DNA from: a virus | Taxonomy: Duplodnaviria; Heunggongvirae; Uroviricota; Caudoviricetes | IMG/VR virus record: IMGVR_UViG_3300037789_000070 | Location: 74,576 to 138,575 of that record | Length of the DNA: 64,000 nucleotides | Strand: one strand, 5' to 3' | In this document: positions 9,315 through 18,014 of the stretch, in pieces | How positions within the stretch are numbered: the stretch's first letter is position 1 | How the letters are laid out: the number at the start of each line of letters is the position of its first letter | Notes under the pieces: generated by a model | Told to the model about the DNA's origin: nothing | The model's database searches: none | The model's input: only the letters and a program-made list of their open reading frames with translations | Position numbers and translations under genes: made by a program

Positions 9315-9987
9315 GTGATAATAGGCCGAGACGTTACGGCACAATATTTTCTCACGCTTGTCGGTGTGAACGTCTGAACGTTGACCACGAGAAAATTTTA
9401 TCACCTTAGCGGTAAGCGCCCATGCCCTGTGGGAGTAAAGCTTGTAAGGACTGCGCCGTGTCAGGGATTAACGGCTAACGATTACAAGCTTGCCGCTACT
9501 TATTTTGGGGGTTGACTTGAGTAAAATAATATTTTATGTGTTGGGTTCGATGATTTTATTGGGTTTGTTTATGTTAGGTTTTTCAATACCTGTTTACATA
9601 TCAACTCTTTGAGTATCCTACTCTGTTCATTTTAACAGAGTAACGGAGTGAGATGTCGGTGTGGAAGGACACACGGCTGGACTATGCTATGTCATGAATA
9701 GTACGACCAGTGACAAAGATCGCATTAGGGTTTACGGTCATGTTCTGAATGTAAGCCGGTTGGATGTATCTAGGCCTAAGATCTCCAACTGCCAGCAGGT
9801 TTCGAGTCCTGCACATCTCATTGATGATTGGATGTCGGGTAGCTCCCGATAATCCGCCCGAAGGAACCAAACCGCGATATGCAAAGGCCAACAGACATCG
9901 TGGTAAAGGTATGTAACGTGGTACGGAGTTGTCTGTTACACTCATTATATCCCAGACATACTTTTTTTTGGTCCTTCGGGTTTATTT

Positions 9988-10062
9988 GCCCGCTTAGCTC
10001 AGCGGAAGAGCACCTCGTTTACACCGAGGGGGTCGGTGGTTCGACACCATCAGCGGGCACCA
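9988..10062 (+). tRNA. tRNA-Val(TAC)
   Basis: cctcg-ttTACac-cgagg; CCA. Confidence 0.95.
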
Positions 10063-10124
10063 GTTTTCTTTTTATGAAACCTCACATTCGATCTATAATG
10101 AAAGTAAGAAAAGTGAGGAATAGT

Positions 10125-10658
10125 ATGATTAATGAAAATGAGTTTAGTTTCGATCCTTTTGGATTAAAAATTTCACCAGTTTCTCATTATAAAAATGTTT
10201 TATCTAGTGAGAAAATCTATCGTGTGAATCGTGAGATCAAGGATCATGGAGAAAAAATTTTCATCGACCAATTGGTGATTGGTAAAGATATTGATGAATT
10301 AATATTTTCCAGTCAGGAAGAAATTTTAGATCACTTGACTAAATTACTCATGGGTGGAATAGAGTGCTCGATTGAAAATGGACTAAACGTTTTATCTAGG
10401 AAGTCTTTACTATATTCTGTTATTTTGTATTCTGATAATAATTTTGATGTTAAGATTCCATTTCATAGTTGTGTTCGATATAATGATATGGACAAAAATG
10501 AAGCGGTGTTGTTTTATAATAGCGCTGTTGAGGTAAGCTTATTAGATGGAGCTTTCCTAATTTTTAGAAGGCCTGACGAAACCTTTAGTTTTTTCCTCAA
10601 CCCGGACTATAAAAATTACATGGAACGAATTACGTTTACAGGAGATTTAGATGACTGA
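10125..10658 (+). CDS. Hypothetical protein
   Basis: GAGG SD before ATG 10125; upstream part of the listed ORF overlaps the tRNA. Confidence 0.7.
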   Translation: MINENEFSFDPFGLKISPVSHYKNVLSSEKIYRVNREIKDHGEKIFIDQLVIGKDIDELIFSSQEEILDHLTKLLMGGIECSIENGLNVLSRKSLLYSVILYSDNNFDVKIPFHSCVRYNDMDKNEAVLFYNSAVEVSLLDGAFLIFRRPDETFSFFLNPDYKNYMERITFTGDLDD

Positions 10659-10834
10659 TAAGAACAGCAAAAATAATAATAGAGAGTATAAACCTCGTAC
10701 TATTAAAGAGCTTAAAGAATTCATTGCAGACTTGGACGAAGACACTCCAATTTTCACTGAACGATCTATCTCAGATTCAAGTGCAGTTGAATTTTCGCAA
10801 ATGAATTCTGGTCTTTTAATTTTCTAGTCATTAT

Positions 10835-10857
10835 CGCGGCGTGGAGCAGTAGTAGCT
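10835..10857 (+). pseudogene. 5' fragment of initiator tRNA-fMet
   Basis: cgcggcgtggagcagtagtagct resembles the bacterial fMet 5' end CGCGGGGTGGAGCAG...GGTAGCT and stops abruptly. Confidence 0.75.
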
Positions 10858-10880
10858 TATCTTAATTCGATAAATAGTTC

Positions 10881-11633
10881 ATGATTTATTATACTATATA
10901 TCGAACGACTAATCTACTTAATGGAAAGATCTATGTTGGTAAGCACCAGACTGGTGATCCACAAGATGGATATCTCGGTTCTGGTCGTGCTATCAAATCT
11001 GCCATTAAAAAATATGGCAGAGAGAATTTTTCTAAGGAAGTTTTGTATATCTTCGACACTGAAGAAGATATGAACTCCAAGGAAAGAGAGATAATAACTG
11101 AGAATTTTGTAAGGGATGCTAACACTTATAACATTGGAGTTGGAGGTGAAGGTGGTCCCCACTTTCTTGGTAAAACGCACTCGGATGAAACCAAAGCTTT
11201 ATTGGCTGAGAAAAGTTCAGGCCGAAAACTTCCTTTGGAAGCTGTAGAAAAAATACGAATATCTAATTTTGGACGTACTGTTTCTTTAGAAACTAAGAAG
11301 AAAATAAGCGATAAGGCTAAATTGCGCTATCAAAATGAAGGTGTTGGAAAGCAAATAAATGAAGGTGTTGGAAAGCAAATAAATGAAGGTATTAGAAAAA
11401 AAATATCTGCATCTATGAAAGCGTACCATGAAGCCAACACTGTAATCCCTTATGAAAGAACTTCTGAGCATAAAAACAAGCTTAGCCAGAAAATGAGGGA
11501 AGTGTACAGCAACAAAAAAATGTGCTGGGTTAAGAATGAAGAAATTAAGCATTCAGTAAGAATTGACATATCTGAGCTTGAGAAATACACTGAGCTTGGA
11601 TACGTAAGAGGAAGAAAAATTACTGCGGGTTAG
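10881..11633 (+). mobile_element. Freestanding GIY-YIG (Seg-like) homing endonuclease with NUMOD3-like motifs
   Basis: 'IYRTTNLLNGKIYVGKH...GYLGSG...YNIGVGGEGG', 'GKTHSDETK'; ATAAATA late promoter at ~10870. Confidence 0.9.
11334..11390 (+). repeat. 24-bp tandem duplication in the endonuclease (NEGVGKQI x2+)
   Basis: aatgaaggtgttggaaagcaaata repeated. Confidence 0.9.
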
Positions 11634-11699
11634 ACAGGAGTGGTTCCTGCGCGGTCTCATAAGCCGACTACCCTCGTTCGACTCGGGGACCCGCAACCA
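11624..11699 (+). tRNA. tRNA-Met(CAT), overlapping the endonuclease stop codon
   Basis: tgcgggt/acccgca acceptor; cggt-ctCATaa-gccg; ACCA. Confidence 0.8.
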
Positions 11700-11719
11700 T
11701 TTTCATAGGAGATTAGGTT

Positions 11720-12133
11720 ATGAAAGACTTAATCTTGGATTATATAGAAAGAAACGGCCATGGTTCTTTGTCTTGGCTACCACCACTGCCAGATTACACA
11801 CCAAACGTTGCTTGGATAGTTGCTCCGGAAGACTACACACCAGCAAAATATGTATCTGTTCATCCACCAATAGTCAGATTGTCCGATGGAACTACAGTAG
11901 TTGACCAAGTTCAATATTCTGATCACTACAAAGTTGCAATTTTTGATAACAAAGATCATAAAAACATATTGTCTTTGCCAGATGACATTCCAAAGAGTGT
12001 GAGGGTTTTATACACTCGTTCCAAACAGTTATATTATGTCAGAAGAACCTCATTTACTATTGAGGATCAGAGAGAATTGGATAAAGCATATAACGCTTGG
12101 TTTACATACTGGAAGAAACGTCTTAATAAATGA
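11720..12133 (+). CDS. Hypothetical protein
   Basis: AGGAG SD. Confidence 0.7.
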   Translation: MKDLILDYIERNGHGSLSWLPPLPDYTPNVAWIVAPEDYTPAKYVSVHPPIVRLSDGTTVVDQVQYSDHYKVAIFDNKDHKNILSLPDDIPKSVRVLYTRSKQLYYVRRTSFTIEDQRELDKAYNAWFTYWKKRLNK

Positions 12134-12139
12134 TAATAT

Positions 12140-12213
12140 GGCTCTTTAGCTCAATGGTAGAGCATTCGGCTGATAACCGAACGACTGAGGTTCGATTCCT
12201 TGAAGAGCCACCA
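12140..12213 (+). tRNA. tRNA-Ile(GAT)
   Basis: ttcgg-ctGATaa-ccgaa; CCA. Confidence 0.95.
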
Positions 12214-12240
12214 AAATTTAACAGCTACTTGATTTTTTAC

Positions 12241-12316
12241 GGGCCTATAGTATTAATTGGGAAATATCCGCCTTTGCACGGCGGCGTTCGGGGTTCGAAT
12301 CCCCGTGGGTCCACCA
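12241..12316 (+). tRNA. tRNA-Ala(TGC)
   Basis: G3-U70; ccgcc-ttTGCac-ggcgg. Confidence 0.9.
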
Positions 12317-12341
12317 ATTCTTTAATTTAAAGGAAGTAGTC

Positions 12342-12617
12342 ATGAGAAAGCGTATTGCAGACTACGTTGCAGACTACATGAGAGAAGAAAATATGAGTAG
12401 CGTGTGTTGGGGTGACGGTTTCCTTGTGGATGCATCTGCATCTCATATCAGAGGGAAAATGTCTAAACATCCACTCGATATCATGACCGCAGCTTGTAAT
12501 GCTCTAGAACGAGCACCAGATATATTCGAAAAATTCATGATGCGTGGTCACGATTGTAACGGCAATCCTAGAGTTGTCAGAGCTTTTAGATTGAAGGATT
12601 TAGAAAATGTCAGATAA
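12342..12617 (+). CDS. Hypothetical protein
   Basis: AAGGA SD. Confidence 0.7.
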   Translation: MRKRIADYVADYMREENMSSVCWGDGFLVDASASHIRGKMSKHPLDIMTAACNALERAPDIFEKFMMRGHDCNGNPRVVRAFRLKDLENVR

Positions 12618-12870
12618 TATCGATAGTCCTTTTGGATCATACCCTTTTCGTTATGAAGCAGTTGAAGTGGGAGATACTGTATTCTTTTTAGGGATGGATG
12701 AAGAGCAGGAGGAAAATCTCTTCCCTGTGGTAGTATTAGCAAAGGTGGATTCTTATGAGTTTTCCAAACCTAATCCAACCAGAAAAAAAGAAGACTGTGC
12801 CATATTCTACTACATAGAGGGATGCCCATATCCCCTCCAATTCGGGGTTGACCTTTTTCATATCTTTTGA
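12607..12870 (+). CDS. Hypothetical protein
   Basis: Coupled to the previous ORF. Confidence 0.65.
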   Translation: MSDNIDSPFGSYPFRYEAVEVGDTVFFLGMDEEQEENLFPVVVLAKVDSYEFSKPNPTRKKEDCAIFYYIEGCPYPLQFGVDLFHIF

Positions 12871-12914
12871 GAGTAAATAATAGATAACAGTCGCTCAAGG
12901 GAAATTGGAACATA

Positions 12915-13349
12915 ATGTCAAAAATTAGAGAAATAATTACCAAGTTGGATGAGATAGCTCCAATTCCAGATCCTGAAAAAGTTGATCAAGAGATAGAAGC
13001 ACGTGCTAAAAATCTTGCCCCAAGAAAGGGGGAAGTGATTGTGAGACTTCCAATGCCATATTACGATTTTGCTTACATGGGTAAATTATTGGACTTACAT
13101 GAAAAATATTCCAGAGCATGGACCTATAATCATCAAATTGGTGGGGAAGATAACAAGGCAGTGTGTTATGTTATCACTACTCCTGAAAATGCCGCTAAAA
13201 TGTCAAAAGCCATCACTAAAGATGCGGATTATAAGAAATTTGTAGTTGCTAGTATTCCGGATAATTCAGAAGAAGATTTCTCAAATGTTCCGCCAGCTAA
13301 GGCTCTTGTCGAGCCGGGGTCTTTGCATCATTCTAAAACTATAGTGTAA
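12915..13349 (+). CDS. Hypothetical late protein
   Basis: GTAAATA upstream; resembles 29067..29456 (EVIVRLP / EVILRIP, CYVI / YYVI). Confidence 0.7.
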   Translation: MSKIREIITKLDEIAPIPDPEKVDQEIEARAKNLAPRKGEVIVRLPMPYYDFAYMGKLLDLHEKYSRAWTYNHQIGGEDNKAVCYVITTPENAAKMSKAITKDADYKKFVVASIPDNSEEDFSNVPPAKALVEPGSLHHSKTIV

Positions 13350-13569
13350 TTGATAAAATATCTCTGACGTCTATAAATCAACAGCGGTGCTGGGAGTTAG
13401 AGCACTCGTTCATTGAGAACAATGTGGTGGAGGCGTATGGACTTTAAGACCGACCGCCCCGTCTTCATATCCGGAAGTAAAACGGAAATTGCTAGGTTGA
13501 CGTCTAGCCTGTTGATTTTATCAATATTTGAAAGAAATATGTAAATATACTTTGAGAAAGGTATTTCAC

Positions 13570-14031
13570 ATGGGAATTAGAGACATTCAGGATAGAATTT
13601 CTGAGATAATAACGGGCGAAGAAAAGTTTGATATTTTGGACTATCCAGTACCTGATCGTTTTACCAAACGTGATGACAACGGAATAGAATTCACTCGTCA
13701 TGCTCGGTTACGAATTAAAATGAAGACTGGGGAAGTTATAGAAGTAAAAGGCACAGTCTTCACAAGACATGGCGAAGTTGGTGATGAAGTTGACGCCGAA
13801 GAGGGAACTAATGAACTAAATGTTTCTGTAATTTCAATATTTGATGATGTTAAAACTCCACTCTATACCGTAGGTCCCACTTCGGATAGTGACCAGATGA
13901 TGAAAAGAGTTAAGAACTTTTTCCGGAAAACTTATAAATCTAAGGATATTTGCAAACAGCATAACAAGTTGAATAATACCGATTTAAGTTTAGAAGAATT
14001 TGAAGAATTACTTTTTAAGATGAAGTTCTAA
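13570..14031 (+). CDS. Hypothetical late protein
   Basis: GTAAATA promoter and GAAAGG SD. Confidence 0.7.
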   Translation: MGIRDIQDRISEIITGEEKFDILDYPVPDRFTKRDDNGIEFTRHARLRIKMKTGEVIEVKGTVFTRHGEVGDEVDAEEGTNELNVSVISIFDDVKTPLYTVGPTSDSDQMMKRVKNFFRKTYKSKDICKQHNKLNNTDLSLEEFEELLFKMKF

Positions 14032-14257
14032 AACGCTGACTGGAAGTTGTACTGAAAAAATAAATCGATACTAGTCAAGATTTATTTGGAAGGTATAACT
14101 GAAAGAAAGTTAGCATTAACTTTGGTGAGGATTGTCTCCGAAAGAGGCGGTTTAAGAAAAGGTTCGATTCCTTTAACTTAGATGAAAAATCGGTCATCTA
14201 AGACCTTTGGTAGGGCTGCAGGGTTCGATTCCCACTTAATGTGACCGTGAAAATTAT

Positions 14258-14332
14258 ACCTCCGTCCCGGCTGGATCGGGCATCGGCCTTCGAAGCCGGT
14301 TGTTGTGGGTTCGAGTCCTACCGGGGGTGCCA
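14258..14332 (+). tRNA. tRNA-Arg(TCG)
   Basis: tcggc-ctTCGaa-gccgg; near-identical body to 5778..5852. Confidence 0.85.
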
Positions 14333-14384
14333 ATTTCCTATTTAGGTTGGTGTAAATACTGTTGTTAACCTGAATGGATAAAAA

Positions 14385-14687
14385 ATGACACCGAATAAAA
14401 ATTTTACAGAAGACGGATATAGCAAGTGGTTTAAAATAGGTAATAGAACTGTTACCTTGTATGCTTCTGGTGAGTTTGGTACCGGAAGTGTGTCTTTAGA
14501 GACTTGCACTTTTGATAGAACAGAAGACCCTAATAACGCGACTGTTACAGAAGCCGAGGTGTTTCCTTTAGCTAGTTCGTCATTATCGGAAAAAGGGTAT
14601 GTCACTGTTGAAGGTAATTTTGTTTGGGTTAGGGCTGCTTTAGCTTCTTCTACCGATCCAGATCTCAATATATATCTCTTCTATTAA
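14385..14687 (+). CDS. Small beta-rich late protein (possible virion protein)
   Basis: GTAAATA upstream; beta-sandwich-like composition. Confidence 0.6.
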   Translation: MTPNKNFTEDGYSKWFKIGNRTVTLYASGEFGTGSVSLETCTFDRTEDPNNATVTEAEVFPLASSSLSEKGYVTVEGNFVWVRAALASSTDPDLNIYLFY

Positions 14688-14847
14688 GTTTATTTTTACC
14701 TATAATGATTACGGGAGTGTTGTTGGTGGCCACCAACGGCATCAGGGTAGTCAGGCGGGGAACGCGTTTAAACTCAGATAGATCCTTGGCCAGCGAAGAT
14801 GGGTTCAACTCCCATTACTCCCACCAATTTAATATGAGGTAAAAAAC

Positions 14848-15132
14848 TTGACACCAGATCACAAAGTTAAATCTTGGACATTTTTATTTGAAGCCCTTTT
14901 GTGTGGCATTAAAAAGCATGATGTTCGGGATATGACGGAACGAGATTATAAAGTTGGCGATATCATGCTCTTAGAAGAATTCGACCCTTCAACAGGAGAA
15001 TATACTGGTAGAACCGCTTTATATAGAATTACATACATTACGGATAAAAATACACCTTGTGCATTTTCGTCCGCTGTGTTAGACAGAGATTTTGGTATTC
15101 TTTCATTAGAACCAATTGATAAAACCGAATAA
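14848..15132 (+). CDS. ASCH/PUA-like (DUF3850) protein
   Basis: 'HKVKSW..FEALLCGIKKHDVRD..ERDYKVGD...EFDP..GEYTGR....ITY'. Confidence 0.8.
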   Translation: MTPDHKVKSWTFLFEALLCGIKKHDVRDMTERDYKVGDIMLLEEFDPSTGEYTGRTALYRITYITDKNTPCAFSSAVLDRDFGILSLEPIDKTE

Positions 15133-15135
15133 TAT

Positions 15136-15210
15136 GGCCCCATCGTCTAATGGCTAGGACGCTAGATTTTCAATCTGGAAGTCGGAGTTCGATCCTCCGT
15201 GGGGTCACCA
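15136..15210 (+). tRNA. tRNA-Glu(TTC)
   Basis: ctaga-ttTTCaa-tctgg; CCA. Confidence 0.92.
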
Positions 15211-15229
15211 TATTTTACTAAGTCGTTTT

Positions 15230-15312
15230 GGGTGACGACAGGCAAGGTGCCGAAGGAGTCTGTAAAACTCTAGTCTTAGACATGCTTGGTTCGATTCCAA
15301 GGTCACCCACCA
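15230..15312 (+). tRNA. tRNA-Tyr(GTA)
   Basis: ggagt-ctGTAaa-actct; variable arm; CCA. Confidence 0.85.
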
Positions 15313-15444
15313 GTACTTGTTGGGGAGAATAGTTTGCTTTCGGGCAAAAACAAAACATCAGTTTTGTACAAAACCAGAAGCCGACATTCTCCCCAACATT
15401 TTCTACTATATTATCTTCTAAGTTGTACTATAATAAATAGTAGT

Positions 15445-15996
15445 ATGAAAATAGAAGATTTGAAGGCAGAATTTGATAATGACCGTCTCATTGATAATGA
15501 GATGGAACTGTTGAATTCTGATGAAGATGATGAAATCTTAGATAGTATCTTAGATGAAGTCCTTGATAACCCATATGAATTTTCAGTAAAAAGACATGAT
15601 GGGAAGCGAAGTTATTTCTTTAGTACTGACGATACTAAATATGAGATGGTATTATCTCCTTTGTCTACTTCGGATGTAGTCAAAGAATTTCTTCCTCAGA
15701 AGGCCCATGACATAATAGGCGATGACGTTTATAAAACCTTTGTTCTCAAGTTCATGCTAGAAGGCGATGTTTTGAGTTCAAAATCTATTCTGGGTAATGA
15801 AAGAGAACGTGCTGTTAGAATTTTTTCTACAATCATAAACATCTTAAAAGAGGTTGAATTTGAGAATTTGGTTTTCTATACCAGAAAGGATCAGCCATCA
15901 AGAAATCGTTTATATGCTGCTATAGCTAAAAAATTAAATTGTCCTGTGTTGTTTAATGATGGAACATGGGTCTTAGTAGAACATCCTGTAAAATAG
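15445..15996 (+). CDS. Hypothetical late protein (GNAT-like fold possible)
   Basis: ATAAATA upstream; 'AVRIFSTIINIL...SRNRLY' motif common in jumbo phages. Confidence 0.7.
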   Translation: MKIEDLKAEFDNDRLIDNEMELLNSDEDDEILDSILDEVLDNPYEFSVKRHDGKRSYFFSTDDTKYEMVLSPLSTSDVVKEFLPQKAHDIIGDDVYKTFVLKFMLEGDVLSSKSILGNERERAVRIFSTIINILKEVEFENLVFYTRKDQPSRNRLYAAIAKKLNCPVLFNDGTWVLVEHPVK

Positions 15997-16073
15997 TCTT
16001 AATCGTTGTATTGATAAGTTTCTTGGTATTTGCTATTGACTATCATAGATATTTTCCTTACACATATTAGCAT

Positions 16074-16163
16074 GGACGCGTAGCCAAGAGGTTGAAGGCA
16101 ACAGACTTTTAATCTGTCGAGGGATCTCCCTCCACGTGGGTTCGAATCCCACCGCGTCCTCCA
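16074..16163 (+). tRNA. tRNA-Lys(TTT) with long variable arm
   Basis: acaga-ctTTTaa-tctgt; V-arm gaggg-atct-ccctc; U73 + CCA. Confidence 0.85.
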
Positions 16164-16189
16164 TTAACCTTTACTATAAGGAAAGCAAA

Positions 16190-16375
16190 ATGTTTGTAAC
16201 TTTTACAACTCCTGAAAACCGAATTTATGTGACTACGAAGGAAGGCGAAAGCCGATTTAAAGAAGAGTTCATTCAGGATAACTCTGAGAAAGATTTTGAA
16301 GAGTTGGACCGGGTTGAGATAGATCATTATCTTCTGAGGATTGATATGGGTATTCCTAGTGTCAGTTTCGGTTAA
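16190..16375 (+). CDS. Hypothetical protein
   Basis: AAGGA SD. Confidence 0.6.
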   Translation: MFVTFTTPENRIYVTTKEGESRFKEEFIQDNSEKDFEELDRVEIDHYLLRIDMGIPSVSFG

Positions 16376-16438
16376 TATCATTTGACCCGTAGATGTGTCA
16401 GTTCACATCTACGGGTCAATTTAAGTTCTTGGATTTAT

Positions 16439-16511
16439 GCTGGGACTCAGGTGAGGTAGCTGCGCTGTGAACGCGGTGTACGTAGGGTTCGAGGTCCCTT
16501 GCCCAGTACCA
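16439..16511 (+). tRNA. tRNA-His(GTG), alphaproteobacterial type
   Basis: ctgcg-ctGTGaa-cgcgg; G1-U72, A73, no G-1. Confidence 0.8.
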
Positions 16512-16531
16512 ATTAATATAGGAACAAATAT

Positions 16532-16882
16532 ATGTCTAATTTTGAACGAAATATAATTAGTGTCAATGAATATTTTCCCTTAGAAGAAAGTGAAGAAGTT
16601 TCTTTTGAAGAATTCAAGGGAATGTTGGATGATTTTGTTTCTAATGCTCCGGAAGGTGCTACTGATTTTTTCATTACTGTTGAAGAAGAGTATGATTTTG
16701 AATATCATACGACCTGTCTCTTTATCAAATATAATCGTCCTGAGACCGATGATGAAATGGAAAAGAGATTGAAAAAAGAGAAAGAGGCTGATCAGAGAAA
16801 AGCTGATAGGCGAAGGGAGGAAGAAGAAGAGGAACTTAGAGAACTCGCTCGCCTCAAGGAAAAGTACGAGGGTAAATTGTGA
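16532..16882 (+). CDS. Hypothetical protein (paralogue of 18936..19277)
   Basis: Shared 'Y.R.ETDDE...R' and C-terminal 'LK.K(Y/F)E'. Confidence 0.75.
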   Translation: MSNFERNIISVNEYFPLEESEEVSFEEFKGMLDDFVSNAPEGATDFFITVEEEYDFEYHTTCLFIKYNRPETDDEMEKRLKKEKEADQRKADRRREEEEEELRELARLKEKYEGKL

Positions 16883-17163
16883 AGGTCCAAATTAGCCACT
16901 ATTTAGAAAGACCATTAATCGGTCATAGTGTGCGGTCAATTAAGGCCCACTGGTGCATTGCTCCTCTTTTACGGTGGCTGACGGGGACTGATCATGTTAT
17001 GTGGGCCTCAGAACCAATGTATGGGAAGCCCGACATCATTCAACATGGGAACACACTGATCATGTCCCCCGATGTATATGAAGAGTTTGAGAAGGCCGTC
17101 CAAGAAAAAACCCATACAGATCGACATGCATCGGAAACAAGGAGGTTTGGCGGGCTGTATTAA
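16879..17163 (+). CDS. Hypothetical protein
   Basis: GTGA overlap with upstream gene. Confidence 0.65.
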   Translation: MKVQISHYLERPLIGHSVRSIKAHWCIAPLLRWLTGTDHVMWASEPMYGKPDIIQHGNTLIMSPDVYEEFEKAVQEKTHTDRHASETRRFGGLY

Positions 17164-17174
17164 GGAGACAAATA

Positions 17175-17528
17175 ATGGAACGAAGTAAAGTTGAGGGGGA
17201 GTGTTGTGAACGTTGTGGTTCCAAGGGATTTACTTGGGATCGTTTTAGCGTAGATGGTCGGCCTGTGTTTTACTGTTCCACTTGCGGAGACATTTGGTCT
17301 TATGGTAAAGACGGTGGCCCATATATGAAATATGCGAAAACAGCAAAAATTCATCGTGGGCAACAGCAATTTCTAGCAGAAGGAAGACGGCCCAACGAAA
17401 GGGATGACGAGATAATAAGAAATTGCTATAGTAATAAAAAATGGAAAAAGCGGGATAAGAGGCCGCACATGTATTATGGGTATGATCTGTTCTATAAGCC
17501 CTCACCGAATGAGGACACTTGGTCATGA
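17175..17528 (+). CDS. Zn-ribbon protein
   Basis: CERC...CSTC; AAGGAG SD. Confidence 0.7.
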   Translation: MERSKVEGECCERCGSKGFTWDRFSVDGRPVFYCSTCGDIWSYGKDGGPYMKYAKTAKIHRGQQQFLAEGRRPNERDDEIIRNCYSNKKWKKRDKRPHMYYGYDLFYKPSPNEDTWS

Positions 17529-17782
17529 CCACTGTTGAAAGAAGTCCTATGCCAGTCCTAGAGTTTGAGAGAAGGTCATGTGATAGATGTGGAGCATCTA
17601 CATATGATGATATTCTTGAGAAATGTGTTTCTGGTACAGACATGCATGGAGAAAACGATTGTCTAGATTGTTTGGACGATGAAGATTTTCTAATCTATCC
17701 TACAAAAGAAAGTCTTGATGAAATGGATAAGTGGTGTGAAAAGGAAGGTAATAGAATGGACGAGGAGATGAAATCTTCTTGA
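17525..17782 (+). CDS. Small Cys-rich hypothetical protein
   Basis: CDRC motif; ATGA overlap. Confidence 0.6.
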   Translation: MTTVERSPMPVLEFERRSCDRCGASTYDDILEKCVSGTDMHGENDCLDCLDDEDFLIYPTKESLDEMDKWCEKEGNRMDEEMKSS

Positions 17783-17821
17783 TATTGATCACATCGAAAA
17801 GTAAATAGTTTTAGAGTATTT

Positions 17822-17895
17822 TGAGGGATCGTCTAATGGTAGGACTATGGACTCTGACTCCATCAATCTAGGTTCGAATCCTAGTCCCTCAACCA
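17822..17895 (+). tRNA. tRNA-Gln(CTG)
   Basis: atgga-ctCTGac-tccat; CCA. Confidence 0.93.
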
Positions 17896-17903
17896 AAAAT
17901 TAT

Positions 17904-17988
17904 GGGCCGATATGTTAAAAGGATGTCAAGTGACCCTGCTGGACTCTTACCCCAGTTCAAACCGGAGCGTTACCGGATCGGCCTTCCA
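17904..17988 (+). tRNA. Degenerate tRNA-Lys(CTT)-like
   Basis: gggccga/tcggcct + TCCA; ctCTTac loop; aberrant D and T loops. Confidence 0.45.
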
Positions 17989-18014
17989 TTTAAACATAAA
18001 AAGGAAAGTTCCTC

